Assembly (NCBI RefSeq): GCF_013149785.1
Contig: NZ_JABEZU010000002.1
Span: 620,001-684,000, forward strand
Reading direction: 5' to 3'
From: Isoptericola halotolerans
Lineage (GTDB): Bacteria; Actinomycetota; Actinomycetes; Actinomycetales; Cellulomonadaceae
Length of the DNA stretch: 64,000 bases
The notes beneath the pieces are model-generated. The model saw only the letters and a list, made by a program, of their open reading frames with translations, did no database searches and was not told the DNA's origin. Position numbers and translations under genes: made by a program. How positions within the stretch are numbered: the first letter of the stretch is position 1; every line of letters begins with the position of its first letter. Of this stretch, positions 1 through 10,204 are shown piece after piece.

Positions 1-396
1 CTGCTGCACGGCCACGACCGGCCCGATGAGGAACGACCCGACGACCGTCGAGGCGATCGCGGTGACGTGCGCCCACGTGGGGCCGTAGACGGTGACGGCC
101 CACAGGGCGGCGAGGACCGCGAGGTCGGAGGGGAAGAGCAGGGGGTAGCCGGCCAGCAGGTGGGCGAGCGCCACCGCGTAGACCGCCACGGCCGACGCCA
201 CCGGCCGGGTGCGTCGCCACGCGAGGGGTGCGACGGTGAGCACGGACCACACCGTCCCGGCGACGTCGATGGCCCACGGGGCGAGGACGGGGGTGGTGGT
301 GGAGAGCACGAAGAGGCCGAACGCGAGGGTGCCCGTCGCGTCGACGACGAACCGGTGGCGCTCGAACCATCCGGCGACCTGTGCGGACCATCCCAT
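1..396 (-). CDS. Membrane sensor histidine kinase, N-terminal part (runs off window)
   Basis: Own translation from ATG at 396: MGWSAQVAGWFERHRFVVDATGTLAFGLFV...VAPLAWRRTRPVASAVAVY..., open to position 1. Multiple TM helices and the PLAWRRxxP motif typical of actinobacterial NarL-partner kinases. TACCCT lies 7 nt upstream. The kinase domain is outside the window. Confidence 0.6.
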   Translation of the reverse strand, partial: MGWSAQVAGWFERHRFVVDATGTLAFGLFVLSTTTPVLAPWAIDVAGTVWSVLTVAPLAWRRTRPVASAVAVYAVALAHLLAGYPLLFPSDLAVLAALWAVTVYGPTWAHVTAIASTVVGSFLIGPVVAVQQ

Positions 397-537
397 GGTC
401 GTCAGGGTAGGCAGGTGGGACGGCTCGCGCGTCCGTCCCAGGTCGGACCCGAGGGATCACGACATGCCACCTCAGACTGACGAGGTCGTCGTGTCCCGAC
501 GTGCCGGGACCAGGCACATTGCCGCTAGCATGAGGGA

Positions 538-1224
538 ATGACCCACGTACTGCTGGCCGAGGACGACCCGGCGATTGCCGAGCCTTTGGCGCGGGCTCTC
601 ACACGTGAGGGTTACGACGTCGTCGTGCAAGGAACCGGTCAAGGAGCGATCGACAACGCCGGGGACGCGGACATCGTCGTCCTGGACCTCGGCCTGCCGG
701 ACATCGACGGCCTGGACGTCGCACGCGAGATCCGTGGCCGGGGCCTGACCACGCCGATCCTCGTGCTGACCGCGCGCGCCGACGAGGTCGACCTCGTGGT
801 CGGCCTGGACGCCGGTGCCGACGACTACGTCACCAAGCCGTTCCGGCTCGCCGAGCTGCTCGCCCGGGTCCGGGCGCTGCTGCGGCGCACCCACGGCGAG
901 GCGGCGGAGGACGAGGAGCTGCGCGCCCAGGACGTCCGCGTCGACGTCGCCGCCCACCGGGCGTTCCAGGGGGAGCGCGAGCTGCACCTGACCACCAAGG
1001 AGTTCGACCTCCTCAGGGTGCTCGTGGGCAACGCGGGCTCCGTCGTCGTGCGTGACACGCTCATGCGTGACGTGTGGGGATCCGACCCCGTCGGCTCGAC
1101 CAAGACCCTCGACATGCACGTCTCCTGGTTGCGCCGCAAGCTCGGTGACGACGCGAACTCGCCGCGCTACGTCTCCACTGTCCGGGGCCTCGGCTTCCGG
1201 TTCGAGCTCGGCCAGCAGGCCTGA
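538..1224 (+). CDS. OmpR/PhoB-family response regulator (DraR-like by position)
   Basis: 228 aa; receiver motifs LLAEDD, VLDLGLP, GADDYVTKPF; winged-helix C-terminus LDMHVSWLRRKLG...TVRGLGFRF. Confidence 0.95.
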   Translation: MTHVLLAEDDPAIAEPLARALTREGYDVVVQGTGQGAIDNAGDADIVVLDLGLPDIDGLDVAREIRGRGLTTPILVLTARADEVDLVVGLDAGADDYVTKPFRLAELLARVRALLRRTHGEAAEDEELRAQDVRVDVAAHRAFQGERELHLTTKEFDLLRVLVGNAGSVVVRDTLMRDVWGSDPVGSTKTLDMHVSWLRRKLGDDANSPRYVSTVRGLGFRFELGQQA

Positions 1225-1230
1225 CCTCCG

Positions 1231-2574
1231 GTGCGCCGTCGCGTCCTGCTGGCGACGATCTCGGCGGTCGCCGTCGCCGTGGTGCTGCTGGGTGTGCCGC
1301 TGGGGATCTTCGGCGCGCAGTACGTCGTCGCGACCGAGGAGCGGCGGCTCTCGGACCGGCTGGACACGTTCTCGCGCACGGTCGACCGCGCGGTCGAGCT
1401 GGGCGAGAGCCCCACGGAGTCCCAGCTCGAGCGGGCGGCCGCGGGGCGGGACGGTGACCTGCCGGCCCGGATCACGGTGAGCCTGCCCGACGGCGAGCAG
1501 CTCACCTACGGTGGCGAGCTGCGGGAACCCACCTTCTTCCTCGCGGTGCAGACCGCCCAGCGGGCGTCGGTGTCGTTCGAGGTGTCGGCCTGGGGTGCCT
1601 ACATCAAGGCCGCCCAGATCGTCGCGCTCGTCGTGGTGGCAGGGGTGGTGGCCATCGCCGCCGGGGTGGCGATGGCGGTCTGGCAGGCGAACCGGCTCTC
1701 CGCGCCCCTGGTGTACCTCGCGGCCTCCGCGGAACAGCTCGGTTCCGGTCAGGTGCGCCCGAGCCTCGAACCCTCCGGCGTGGAGGAGATCGACCTGGTC
1801 GCGGCAGAGCTCGCCCGCAGCGCGGACCGGTTGGCAGGGCGCCTGGCCGCTGAACGACAGTTCGCGCAGGACGCCTCCCACCAGCTGCGCACCCCGTTGA
1901 CGGCCCTGACCATGCGGCTCGAGGAGATCATGCTCACCAGCGGCGACGACGACGTGGTCGAGGAGGCGCGGGTGTCGCTGGAGCAGGTCGAACGGCTGGT
2001 GACCGTGGTCGACGACCTGCTCGCCACCTCCCGGCGCTCGACCGGTGGCACCACCGAGGCGGTCACGGTCCTCGACGTCGTGCACCAGCAGGAGGAGGAG
2101 TGGGCGGAGACGTTCCGCGCCGCGGGCCGTCGGCTCGCCGTCGACGTCCCCGAGGAGCACCGCGTCCTGGCCACCCCCGGGGCGCTGGCACAGGTCATCG
2201 CCACTCTGCTGGAGAATTCCCTGAAGTACGGCGACGGGACGACGACGGTCCGGTCCAAGCCGTCGGGTCCGAAGGGTGCGGTGGCGCTCGAGGTCTCGGA
2301 CGAGGGCCCCGGGGTGCAGGACGAGATCGCGCCGCGGATCTTCGAGCGGGGGGCGACGACGGGAGGCAGCACCGGTCTCGGGCTCGCGCTGGCCCGGGAC
2401 CTGGTCGCGGCCGACGGCGGACGTCTCGAGCTGGCACAGCGGCGGCCGCCGGTCTTCCGTATCTTCCTGGTCGGCGTCCCACGCACCCTCGACCCGAGCG
2501 TGGTGCTGCCACCGGGGACGACCATCTCGTCGCGCGGCCGGCGCCGCGGCTGGCTCCATCACCACGATGGCTGA
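1231..2574 (+). CDS. Sensor histidine kinase, HAMP + HisKA + HATPase (DraK-like by position)
   Basis: 447 aa; two TM segments, H-box DASHQLRTPLT, N-box LLENSLKYG, G-boxes DEGPG and GLGLALA; directly follows the regulator. Confidence 0.93.
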   Translation: MRRRVLLATISAVAVAVVLLGVPLGIFGAQYVVATEERRLSDRLDTFSRTVDRAVELGESPTESQLERAAAGRDGDLPARITVSLPDGEQLTYGGELREPTFFLAVQTAQRASVSFEVSAWGAYIKAAQIVALVVVAGVVAIAAGVAMAVWQANRLSAPLVYLAASAEQLGSGQVRPSLEPSGVEEIDLVAAELARSADRLAGRLAAERQFAQDASHQLRTPLTALTMRLEEIMLTSGDDDVVEEARVSLEQVERLVTVVDDLLATSRRSTGGTTEAVTVLDVVHQQEEEWAETFRAAGRRLAVDVPEEHRVLATPGALAQVIATLLENSLKYGDGTTTVRSKPSGPKGAVALEVSDEGPGVQDEIAPRIFERGATTGGSTGLGLALARDLVAADGGRLELAQRRPPVFRIFLVGVPRTLDPSVVLPPGTTISSRGRRRGWLHHHDG

Positions 2575-2580
2575 CCGAAG

Positions 2581-2652
2581 GTTGTGGGCGTGATTTCTGG
2601 TCCGTCTCGCCCGTTTCGAGGGGCGAGACGGACCAGAAATCACGCCCACAAC
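2581..2652. repeat. Perfect 32-bp inverted repeat with 8-nt loop (REP-like or bidirectional terminator)
   Basis: 2581-2612 GTTGTGGGCGTGATTTCTGGTCCGTCTCGCCC is the exact reverse complement of 2621-2652; lies between convergent stops at 2574 and 2684. Confidence 0.9.
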
Positions 2653-2683
2653 ACCGCGGTGCAGTGGAGTGGGCGGTCGACGG

Positions 2684-3169
2684 TCAGCTCGCTCCGCGGA
2701 ACACGACCGTGCGGTACATCACGTAGCGGAACACGGTGCTCAGCACGAGCCCGATCCCGTTGGCGGCCACGTTGTCCGCGAGGGGCGAGTCCAGCCCGAG
2801 CACGTAGCGGGACACGGCCAGGCAACCTGCCGAGATGGCCAGCCCCCCGACGTTGACGGCTGCGAACTCCAGCAGCTCACGGGTACGACGGCGGGTGCGA
2901 CGGGCCGCGAAGGTCCAGTACCGGTTGCCGACCCACGCCACGAGCGTCGCGACCGCCGCGGCGATGACCCGCACGGTGATCGGCTTGTGGGCGAGGACGT
3001 CGACCGGTCCGTGCAGCATGAGGTTGAACACCGCGAGGTCCACCACGAAGGCGACGGCCCCGACGGATCCGAAGCGCAGCAGCTCGCCTCGGCGCCCCCA
3101 GAGCCCGGAGACCAGGCGGCCTGCCCAGCCGCGGGCTGCGGGGGTGGCCGGGGCGGGGGCGCGGGACAT
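2684..3169 (-). CDS. GtrA-family membrane protein
   Basis: 161 aa from ATG 3169; ELLRFGSVGAVAFVVDLAVFNL, NRYWTF, FRYVMYRTVVF; TAAGGT 7 nt upstream. Confidence 0.88.
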   Translation of the reverse strand: MSRAPAPATPAARGWAGRLVSGLWGRRGELLRFGSVGAVAFVVDLAVFNLMLHGPVDVLAHKPITVRVIAAAVATLVAWVGNRYWTFAARRTRRRTRELLEFAAVNVGGLAISAGCLAVSRYVLGLDSPLADNVAANGIGLVLSTVFRYVMYRTVVFRGAS

Positions 3170-3209
3170 GCGGGTCACCTTATCGGCCTGGCCGGTATCC
3201 TCGACGTCC

Positions 3210-4442
3210 GTGACGTCCCCTGCCAGTGCTCCAGTCCCTCCCGTGGTCGCCGTCGTCGGCGGTGGCCAGCTCGCGCGCATGATGGCGCCGGCCGCCGCCG
3301 AGCTCGGTGTGCACCTGCGGGTGCTCGTCGAGGACCCGACGACGGCGGCCGCGCAGGTCGTCGTCGACGCCCCGGTGGGCGCCGCGTCCGACGAGGAGGC
3401 GATCCGCGCACTGGTGACGCCCGGTGGCGCGAGCCCGGGTGCCGACGTGCTCACCTTCGAGCACGAGCACGTCCCGAACGCCCTGCTGGCGGCGCTGGTC
3501 GACGAGGGCACCCCGGTGCGGCCCGGTCCCGCCGCGCTGGTGCAGGCGCAGGACAAGATCGTGATGCGTCGCCGGCTCACCGAGCTCGGGATCCCCTGCC
3601 CCCGCTGGGCGGCCCTGCCCTCCGACCCGGACCAGGCGCGTGCCGCTCTCACGGAGTTCCTCCGGGCGACGCCGGGCGGCGAGGCGGTCGTCAAGACCGC
3701 CCGCGGCGGCTACGACGGCAAGGGCGTCCGGGTGGTCGCGGAGGCGACCGCGGCGGACGACTGGATCGACGCCCATCTCGCGGGCGGCCCCGAGCTCCTG
3801 GTCGAGGACAAGGTGCCGTTCACCCGAGAGCTGGCGGTGCTCGTGGCCCGGCGGCCCTCCGGCGAGGTCCGCACCTGGCCGGTGGTGGAGTCGGTCCAGC
3901 GAGACGGGGTGTGCGCCGAGGTGATCGCACCGGCGCCCGGTCTGGCACCGGAGCTGGCCGAGCAGGCCCGGGCCGTGGCGGTGCAGGTCGCGGAGGGTCT
4001 CGACGTCACGGGGGTGCTCGCCGTGGAGATGTTCGAGGTGCCGGAGCGTGACGGCCGAGGTTCCGGCCCGGCTGTGCTGGTCAACGAGCTCGCCATGCGA
4101 CCGCACAACTCCGGGCACTGGACGATCGACGGGGCGGTGACCAGCCAGTTCGAGCAGCACCTGCGAGCGGTGCTGGACCTGCCGCTGGGGGGGACGGCAC
4201 CGACGGCTCGGTGGACCGTCATGGCGAACGTCCTCGGCTCGACGCTCGAACGCCTCACGGACGCGCTGCCGGAGCTCGGCGCGCGCTTTCCCGAGGCGCG
4301 CGTCAACCTGTACGGCAAGGGCGTGCGCCCGGGCCGCAAGCTGGGCCACGTGAACGTGAGCGGTGAGGACCTGGACGAGGTCCGCCGTCGGGCCGTCGCA
4401 GCGGCAGCCCTGCTGCGCGGCGAGAGCATCGAGGAGAGCTGA
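3210..4442 (+). CDS. purK: N5-carboxyaminoimidazole ribonucleotide synthase
   Basis: GTG start at 3210; [58 protein letters not shown]. Confidence 0.96.
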   Translation: MTSPASAPVPPVVAVVGGGQLARMMAPAAAELGVHLRVLVEDPTTAAAQVVVDAPVGAASDEEAIRALVTPGGASPGADVLTFEHEHVPNALLAALVDEGTPVRPGPAALVQAQDKIVMRRRLTELGIPCPRWAALPSDPDQARAALTEFLRATPGGEAVVKTARGGYDGKGVRVVAEATAADDWIDAHLAGGPELLVEDKVPFTRELAVLVARRPSGEVRTWPVVESVQRDGVCAEVIAPAPGLAPELAEQARAVAVQVAEGLDVTGVLAVEMFEVPERDGRGSGPAVLVNELAMRPHNSGHWTIDGAVTSQFEQHLRAVLDLPLGGTAPTARWTVMANVLGSTLERLTDALPELGARFPEARVNLYGKGVRPGRKLGHVNVSGEDLDEVRRRAVAAAALLRGESIEES

Positions 4443-4987
4443 TGAACGACAACGCACCCGTCGTCGGGATCGTCATGGGGTCGGACTCGGACTGGCCGGT
4501 CATGCAGGCCGCGGCCGAGGCCCTCGACGAGCTGGGCGTGCCGAGCGAGGTGGACGTCGTCTCCGCGCACCGCATGCCGACCGAGATGATCGACTACGGC
4601 CGCCAGGCGGCCGACCGCGGGATCCGGGTGATCGTCGCCGGGGCCGGGGGAGCTGCGCACCTGCCCGGGATGCTGGCCGCCGTGACACCGCTGCCCGTCA
4701 TCGGTGTCCCGGTGCCGCTCAAGCACCTGGACGGCATGGACTCGCTGCTGTCGATCGTCCAGATGCCGGCCGGCGTGCCCGTCGCCACGGTCTCGATCGG
4801 CGGGGCGCGCAACGCGGGCCTCCTGGCGGCGCAGATCCTCGGGGCCGGGGTCGACGCCGAGTCGCTCGCGCTGCGCGAGCGCATGGTGGCCTTCCAGGCG
4901 GAGCTGCGGGACGTCGCGCACGCCAAGGGCGAGCGGCTGCGTGCGAGCCGTCGCGGCGCCACCACCACGGGCTTCACCGCAGGGTAG
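4442..4987 (+). CDS. purE: N5-carboxyaminoimidazole ribonucleotide mutase
   Basis: [47 protein letters not shown] coupling to purK. Confidence 0.97.
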   Translation: MNDNAPVVGIVMGSDSDWPVMQAAAEALDELGVPSEVDVVSAHRMPTEMIDYGRQAADRGIRVIVAGAGGAAHLPGMLAAVTPLPVIGVPVPLKHLDGMDSLLSIVQMPAGVPVATVSIGGARNAGLLAAQILGAGVDAESLALRERMVAFQAELRDVAHAKGERLRASRRGATTTGFTAG

Positions 4988-5041
4988 CGCTCCCTCGGCG
5001 AGACCTGCTCGACCCTCCGAGAGCCCTCCTCGACGTCGCGG

Positions 5042-6472
5042 TCAGAGCCCGCCGACGGTCGAGCCGGGCTCGAGGTCGCCGTCGCGCACGTCGACCCAGA
5101 ACTGGTCGGCGTCGTCGGCGAGGAGGACGGTCGACCCGACGCCGCCGCCGGGGTTGTACCCCGGGTTGGCGATCGGCGGGGTGCCGGTGACGCCCTCGGG
5201 CCCGGTCGCCGCCTTGAAGGCCAGCGCGAGGCGGCCGAGGTCGACCAGTCCCGTCTTCTCGTCCACGACCATGGCGTCCGTCCCGGCGCCCACGAGCTGG
5301 ACCTGGTCGATCGGGTTCAGGAGCACGCTCGGCTTGACGACCGTGTCCGCGAGGGCGCCGATGACCTGCTGCTGGCGCTCCCCGCGACCGATGTCGCCCG
5401 TGGGGTCGGAGTACCGCATCCGGGAGAACGCGAGGGCGGTCGTGCCGTCGGCCTCGTGGCAGCCCGCCTCCCACTCCAGCTCGGACCTCTTGTCGGAGAC
5501 GTCGTAGTCCAGGCACAGCTCCACGCCCCCGACGGCGTCGACGAGCTGCTCCAGGCTGCCGAAGCCCACCTCGGCGTAGTGGTCCACGGTCAAGCCGGTC
5601 AGCTGCTCCACCGACCTGACCAGCAGCGGCGCGCCGCCCCAGGCGTAGGCGGCGTTGATCTTGCTCATGCCCTCGCCGGGGATCTCCGCGTAGGTGTCCC
5701 GCGGGATCGAGATCAGGGCCGTGGGGCCGCTGCGGGGCTTGTGCAGCACCATGATCGTGTCCGTGCGGGCTCCGGAGGTGTCGTCGTCCACGCCTCCCGA
5801 GCCCCGGGCGTCGGAGCCGGCCAGCAGGTACGTCGTCCCGGCGGTGTTCTCCGCGTCCGAGAGGGCGTCGACGTGCTGGATCTGTCCGTTCGCCCACACG
5901 ACGAGCCCGATCGGCCAGGCGAGCAGCAGCACCAGGACGAGGAGGGCCACCAGTCCGGCCACCCGGCCCTTGCGCAGACGGATGCCGCCGGACCCGCCGG
6001 TGGGCGTGGCCGGAGCGCCGCGGCGTCCGGCGCCCCCGCCGGATCCGTGCGCGGCGGCAGCGGCCGGGGCGGCCGCCGCCGGGCGCTGCCGGGCGGGCAT
6101 CACGCGGGTGCCGTGGTCCGGGGCGGGCCGCGACGCCCCGGGGGCGGGCCTGGCGGCGCCGGGGGCGGGGCGGGCCGCGCCGGTGCGAGAGCTGCCGACG
6201 GCCGGCGCGTACGACTGCGGCGGGCGGGCCGGGGCGGCCGAGCGCCGCTGCGGCGGCGGGGTGACGGGGATCTCGCGGGACGACTGCCGGCGGACCCGGG
6301 GCTCCCGGGGCTCCATCGGCACGGCGTCGTCGCGGCGACCCACGCGGGCTCCGGCGGGGGGCGGCGGGGACGGCGGACCGCCGACGGAGATCGCGTCACC
6401 CGTCGGCTGCGGGCGCGATCCTCGGCCGCCGGACGGCGTGAAGCTCGGGGGGATGCGTCGTTCGTCGTTCAT
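5042..6472 (-). CDS. LytR-CpsA-Psr (LCP) family glycopolymer ligase
   Basis: Pro/Arg-rich N-tail, one TM, then LLAGSDAR, RTDTIMVLH, SIPRDT, KINAAY, FSRMRY...DIGRGERQQ. Confidence 0.93.
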   Translation of the reverse strand: MNDERRIPPSFTPSGGRGSRPQPTGDAISVGGPPSPPPPAGARVGRRDDAVPMEPREPRVRRQSSREIPVTPPPQRRSAAPARPPQSYAPAVGSSRTGAARPAPGAARPAPGASRPAPDHGTRVMPARQRPAAAAPAAAAAHGSGGGAGRRGAPATPTGGSGGIRLRKGRVAGLVALLVLVLLLAWPIGLVVWANGQIQHVDALSDAENTAGTTYLLAGSDARGSGGVDDDTSGARTDTIMVLHKPRSGPTALISIPRDTYAEIPGEGMSKINAAYAWGGAPLLVRSVEQLTGLTVDHYAEVGFGSLEQLVDAVGGVELCLDYDVSDKRSELEWEAGCHEADGTTALAFSRMRYSDPTGDIGRGERQQQVIGALADTVVKPSVLLNPIDQVQLVGAGTDAMVVDEKTGLVDLGRLALAFKAATGPEGVTGTPPIANPGYNPGGGVGSTVLLADDADQFWVDVRDGDLEPGSTVGGL

Positions 6473-6476
6473 GCGA

Positions 6477-7835
6477 TCACCCGCAGACCGAGGTGACGTC
6501 GGCGCCGGTGAAGGCCTCCGCGCCCGCCTCGCGAGTCTCGGCGGGTTCCGGGTCCGGCTCCGCCTCGGTGGTGTCGTCCGTCGCGGGCTCGTCCGCTGCC
6601 GGCTCGTCGGTCTCGTCCTGGGCCGGCTCGTCCTGGCCGTCGCCGTCGTCGCCGGACGTCCCGGAGCCCTCGCCGTCCTCGGCGGGCGCGTCGGCCTCGT
6701 CCTCGGGAGCCTCGTCCTCCACGATGACGTCGCTGAGGAGACGGTCGTGCTTCAGGTTGTCGAACACGGTCGCGGCTTCTTCCGTCAGGACGACGTTGTT
6801 CGGGTTCGACGGGTCGTACTGCCAGGGGACCGTCATGAAGGCGATGGTGTCAGGTCGCACCCCGCGGGCGCTGTACGCCAGCCCGGCGAGTCCCTGGATC
6901 GAGCCGAGGTTGCTGCTCATCGTCAGCGACCCGGTCACGGCGCCGAGGAACTGCAGGAGCTGCGGCGAGTCGGTGAGCAGGTTCTGGTCGAGCACGGTGC
7001 GCGACAGCGCGGCCATCAGCTCCTGCTGCCGTCCGATGCGCCCGATGTCCGACCCGTCGCCGAGGCCCTTGCCGGTGCGGGCACGGGCGTACTGCAGGGC
7101 GGTCTTGCCGTCGAGCGTCTGCACCCCGGCCTGGAGCACGAGGTTGTCGGCCTTGGGCGCGTCGATGTCGGTCGGGATGCACATCTCGACGCCGCCGAGC
7201 GCCTCGATCATGTTCTCGAACCCGGCGAAGTCCACGACGATGAACCCGTCCAGGAACACGTCGGAGATCGTCTCGACGGTCTTCATCGCGCACAGCGCCC
7301 CCGACTCGACGTCGCCACCGGTCATGATGCCCTGGGCGAACGCGGCGTTGAACTTCACGCCGTACATCGGTGAGGTCTCGCCGCCGGACGTCGTGGGGCA
7401 GGAGGGGACGTCGACCGTGGTGTCGCGCGGGATGGACATCAGCTCGATGCGTGACCGGTCCGCGGCGATGTGCAGCACCATCGTGGTGTCGGCGCGGGCA
7501 CCGGACACCCCGTCGTTCACGACGTCGGCGTTGTCGCCGCCGCGGGAGTCCGAGCCCAGCAGCAGGATGTTCAGCGGCATCCCGGCGGACGGGTCCTCGG
7601 GGGCGACGACCTCCGGCCGGTCGGTCCCCAGAGCGGCGTCGGCGTCGACGGTCTGGATGTTGCCGGTCAGGGTGACCGCGGCCGTCGCGGCACCCACGCC
7701 GGCGAAGGCGACGACGGCGGTCGCCACCATCCCGACCGCACGCAGCACCGAGTGCCGTCGCAGGGTGCGGGCGTGCGCGGGCCCCCGGGACGGGACGTGC
7801 CGCGGCGCGACGTGGCGGGCAGGGGTGTGCTTCAC
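6477..7835 (-). CDS. LytR-CpsA-Psr (LCP) family glycopolymer ligase
   Basis: NILLLGSDSR, RADTTMVLH, SIPRDT, YARAR...DIGRIGRQQ; acidic C-terminal tail. Confidence 0.93.
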   Translation of the reverse strand: MKHTPARHVAPRHVPSRGPAHARTLRRHSVLRAVGMVATAVVAFAGVGAATAAVTLTGNIQTVDADAALGTDRPEVVAPEDPSAGMPLNILLLGSDSRGGDNADVVNDGVSGARADTTMVLHIAADRSRIELMSIPRDTTVDVPSCPTTSGGETSPMYGVKFNAAFAQGIMTGGDVESGALCAMKTVETISDVFLDGFIVVDFAGFENMIEALGGVEMCIPTDIDAPKADNLVLQAGVQTLDGKTALQYARARTGKGLGDGSDIGRIGRQQELMAALSRTVLDQNLLTDSPQLLQFLGAVTGSLTMSSNLGSIQGLAGLAYSARGVRPDTIAFMTVPWQYDPSNPNNVVLTEEAATVFDNLKHDRLLSDVIVEDEAPEDEADAPAEDGEGSGTSGDDGDGQDEPAQDETDEPAADEPATDDTTEAEPDPEPAETREAGAEAFTGADVTSVCG

Positions 7836-7910
7836 GATAGGTGAGCATAGATGCCGCAGCCGTCCGCGCTGCGGTCTCCCCGGTCCGATGCCGTAGAGGT
7901 CCTGTGACGG

Positions 7911-10040
7911 TCAGAGCCGCGAGCCCTGGGGAAGCTCCTTCATGGTGCGGGCGAGGACCACGTGCACCCGCGGCATGGTGCCGCCGTTGACCTGGCGGGC
8001 TCGGGCGTTCGTCACGGGCCGCAGGACGCCGTCCCGCAGGATGTACACCTGGTCCTTGTTGCGCTGCCGCACCGCGACGACGCTGGGCCGTCCGGAGATC
8101 CGGGGCACGTTCGCCATGGTGACCTTGCCCCAGTTCTGGCCGGTGGAGGAGGCGCGGAGCCTGCCCGTCCCGTCGACCCGCACCAGCCCTCGTGTCGTCA
8201 GCAGGAACTGGCGGCCGTTGGACCTCTTGACGATGCCGGTCGTCGTGCGCACGTTCGGCATGCGGGCGACGCTCGCGCCGTCGAGGCGTTCGCGGTCGAG
8301 CTTCTGCAGCGGGGTGCGGTCGCGCATCGCCGACCCCAGGAACCCGTGCTTGCGACCGGCCACGACGAGCCGGTGGTTGCCGTTGTCGCGGTTGACCACG
8401 ACCACGCCGGGACGCACGATCGGATTGCCGTGGCTCAGCTTCTTGATCGCGTTCGCGTGCAGGGTGACGACCTTGGTCTTCTTCTTCGCGCGCTCGAGCG
8501 ACGCCATGTCGAACGCCTCGCGCTTCTTGCCGTTGACGACCCGGTAGAGCCGGCCGTCGGTGGTCTTGACGGTGCGCTGCAGACGGCCGCCCGGCACGAA
8601 GGCCTTCCACTGCGCGGACGTCACCTTCCTCGCGCCGCTGCACTTGCCCCCGAAGTCCTGCACCACGGAGCAGTGGGCGACGTGCTTGCGCCCCTTCTCG
8701 ACCATCGCCAGGTTCCCGTTCGGGTTGACGACGAAGCTGCCGTCGGGGATGTTCCCCTGGATCTGCTGCGCCGCGGCCTTCTCCTGCGCCGCGGCGGCAC
8801 GGCGGCGGATCTCACCCATCTTGGCGTACAGGGTGCGCCCGGGGCAGGCGGTCGCGGAGACGTCGCGGTGCCCGAAGATGCGCTGCACGCTGCGCCCGTT
8901 GATCGTCGTGCTGCCCGTCGCCGGCACCCCGTGCAGGGAGAGCTTCCAGGCGACGAGGCGGACGACGGCGCTGACCGCGGCGTTCGAGACGGTCGCGGTC
9001 TCGTAGTTGCCGAGCACCGAGATGCCGGTCGCGTTCGTGTTGTACCCGACGGCGTGCCCGCCGATGGTCTGCCGGTTCACGCCACCGGCGCGCCCCTCCC
9101 AGACCCGGCCGTACTTGTCGACGACGAAGTTGTACCCGATGTCGCCCCAGCCACGTGTCTGGGCGTGGTAGGCGTAGATGCCGCGGATGATGCCGGGGAC
9201 CTGGGCCTGGGAGTAGGAGTTGGTGCCGGCGGTGTGGTGGATCGTCGCGCCGCGGATCGAGCCCTGGCGTGGGGTCCACGTCATGATCCGTTCGTCCGCG
9301 CCCCAGGCGGCCCGGCTGGAGATCGTGGGCCGGCTGGTCACGGCGGCCGCCGCGACCGAGGCGCCGGCAGGAGAGGTCTCGGCCGGGGGGACGGGGACGT
9401 CGTCGTCCGCGGCGGACGTCCCCGGGTCGACGACGGTGAGCTTGAGGTCACGGACCGGCTCGGGGCTCGTGATGCGCGCCTGCACGCGGGCGACGTCCCC
9501 GACGACGACGGGCTCGGTGCCGTCGAGCGTGCCGTCGGGGGACGGTTCGGCGTCGACCTCCTCCCAGGCACCCCAGCCGGTGTCACCGGCGTCGGGTGCG
9601 GACGGGTCGTCGGTGGTGCGCACCTCGATGACGAGCGCGTCCTCGGCGACGTCGCCGGACCAGGTGACCCCGACGACGGCGAACCCGCTCGCGTCGGCCG
9701 TGGCGACCAGCGGCGCGACGGCGCCCGGAGCGAGCAGGGGGGCGACCTCGTCGGGCTCGCTCGCGCCGACGGTTCCCTCGGCGGAGGCTGATGGGGCGGG
9801 GCCGTCCGGCTCGGGCGCGAACGTGGCCTCCTCGGCCTGCGGCGCGACGGGCCGGGCGTCGCCGGTGCTCAGGTCGTCGGCGGTGTCCTCGGCGACCTGC
9901 TCGTCCGTGGACCCTTCCGCGACGAGAGGGTCCGCCTGCGCGCCCGGCGGGACGACGAGGGCGAAGGTCAGCAGTCCGACGACGCCGGACGCGAACGCGG
10001 TACGGCCCCGGGCCAGAGTGGTACGTGTCACAGGTGGCAC
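7911..10040 (-). CDS. Secreted N-acetylmuramoyl-L-alanine amidase (PGRP/amidase_2) with basic C-terminal repeats
   Basis: Signal peptide; ISSRAAWGA, IHHTAG, YHAQTRGWGDIGYNF, GHRDVSATACPG. Confidence 0.9.
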   Translation of the reverse strand: MPPVTRTTLARGRTAFASGVVGLLTFALVVPPGAQADPLVAEGSTDEQVAEDTADDLSTGDARPVAPQAEEATFAPEPDGPAPSASAEGTVGASEPDEVAPLLAPGAVAPLVATADASGFAVVGVTWSGDVAEDALVIEVRTTDDPSAPDAGDTGWGAWEEVDAEPSPDGTLDGTEPVVVGDVARVQARITSPEPVRDLKLTVVDPGTSAADDDVPVPPAETSPAGASVAAAAVTSRPTISSRAAWGADERIMTWTPRQGSIRGATIHHTAGTNSYSQAQVPGIIRGIYAYHAQTRGWGDIGYNFVVDKYGRVWEGRAGGVNRQTIGGHAVGYNTNATGISVLGNYETATVSNAAVSAVVRLVAWKLSLHGVPATGSTTINGRSVQRIFGHRDVSATACPGRTLYAKMGEIRRRAAAAQEKAAAQQIQGNIPDGSFVVNPNGNLAMVEKGRKHVAHCSVVQDFGGKCSGARKVTSAQWKAFVPGGRLQRTVKTTDGRLYRVVNGKKREAFDMASLERAKKKTKVVTLHANAIKKLSHGNPIVRPGVVVVNRDNGNHRLVVAGRKHGFLGSAMRDRTPLQKLDRERLDGASVARMPNVRTTTGIVKRSNGRQFLLTTRGLVRVDGTGRLRASSTGQNWGKVTMANVPRISGRPSVVAVRQRNKDQVYILRDGVLRPVTNARARQVNGGTMPRVHVVLARTMKELPQGSRL

Positions 10041-10204
10041 GCTACGACCGCCCGAGCAGTTGCGCAGGGCGACAACGGGCGGATCGCGACGCGGGCGGAA
10101 TGTCGGATCCGTGCACCTCCGTCGACCGAGATTTCACCTGCCCGCCACCCGGGTTTCGTCTGGCTGCTCTGCCCGGGACGCCGGCCCTCCCTACACTCGC
10201 CAGC

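Noticed and set aside
6118..6185. Triple ARPAPGA repeat in the LCP N-terminal tail
   Set aside because: Ordinary low-complexity expansion in a disordered linker.
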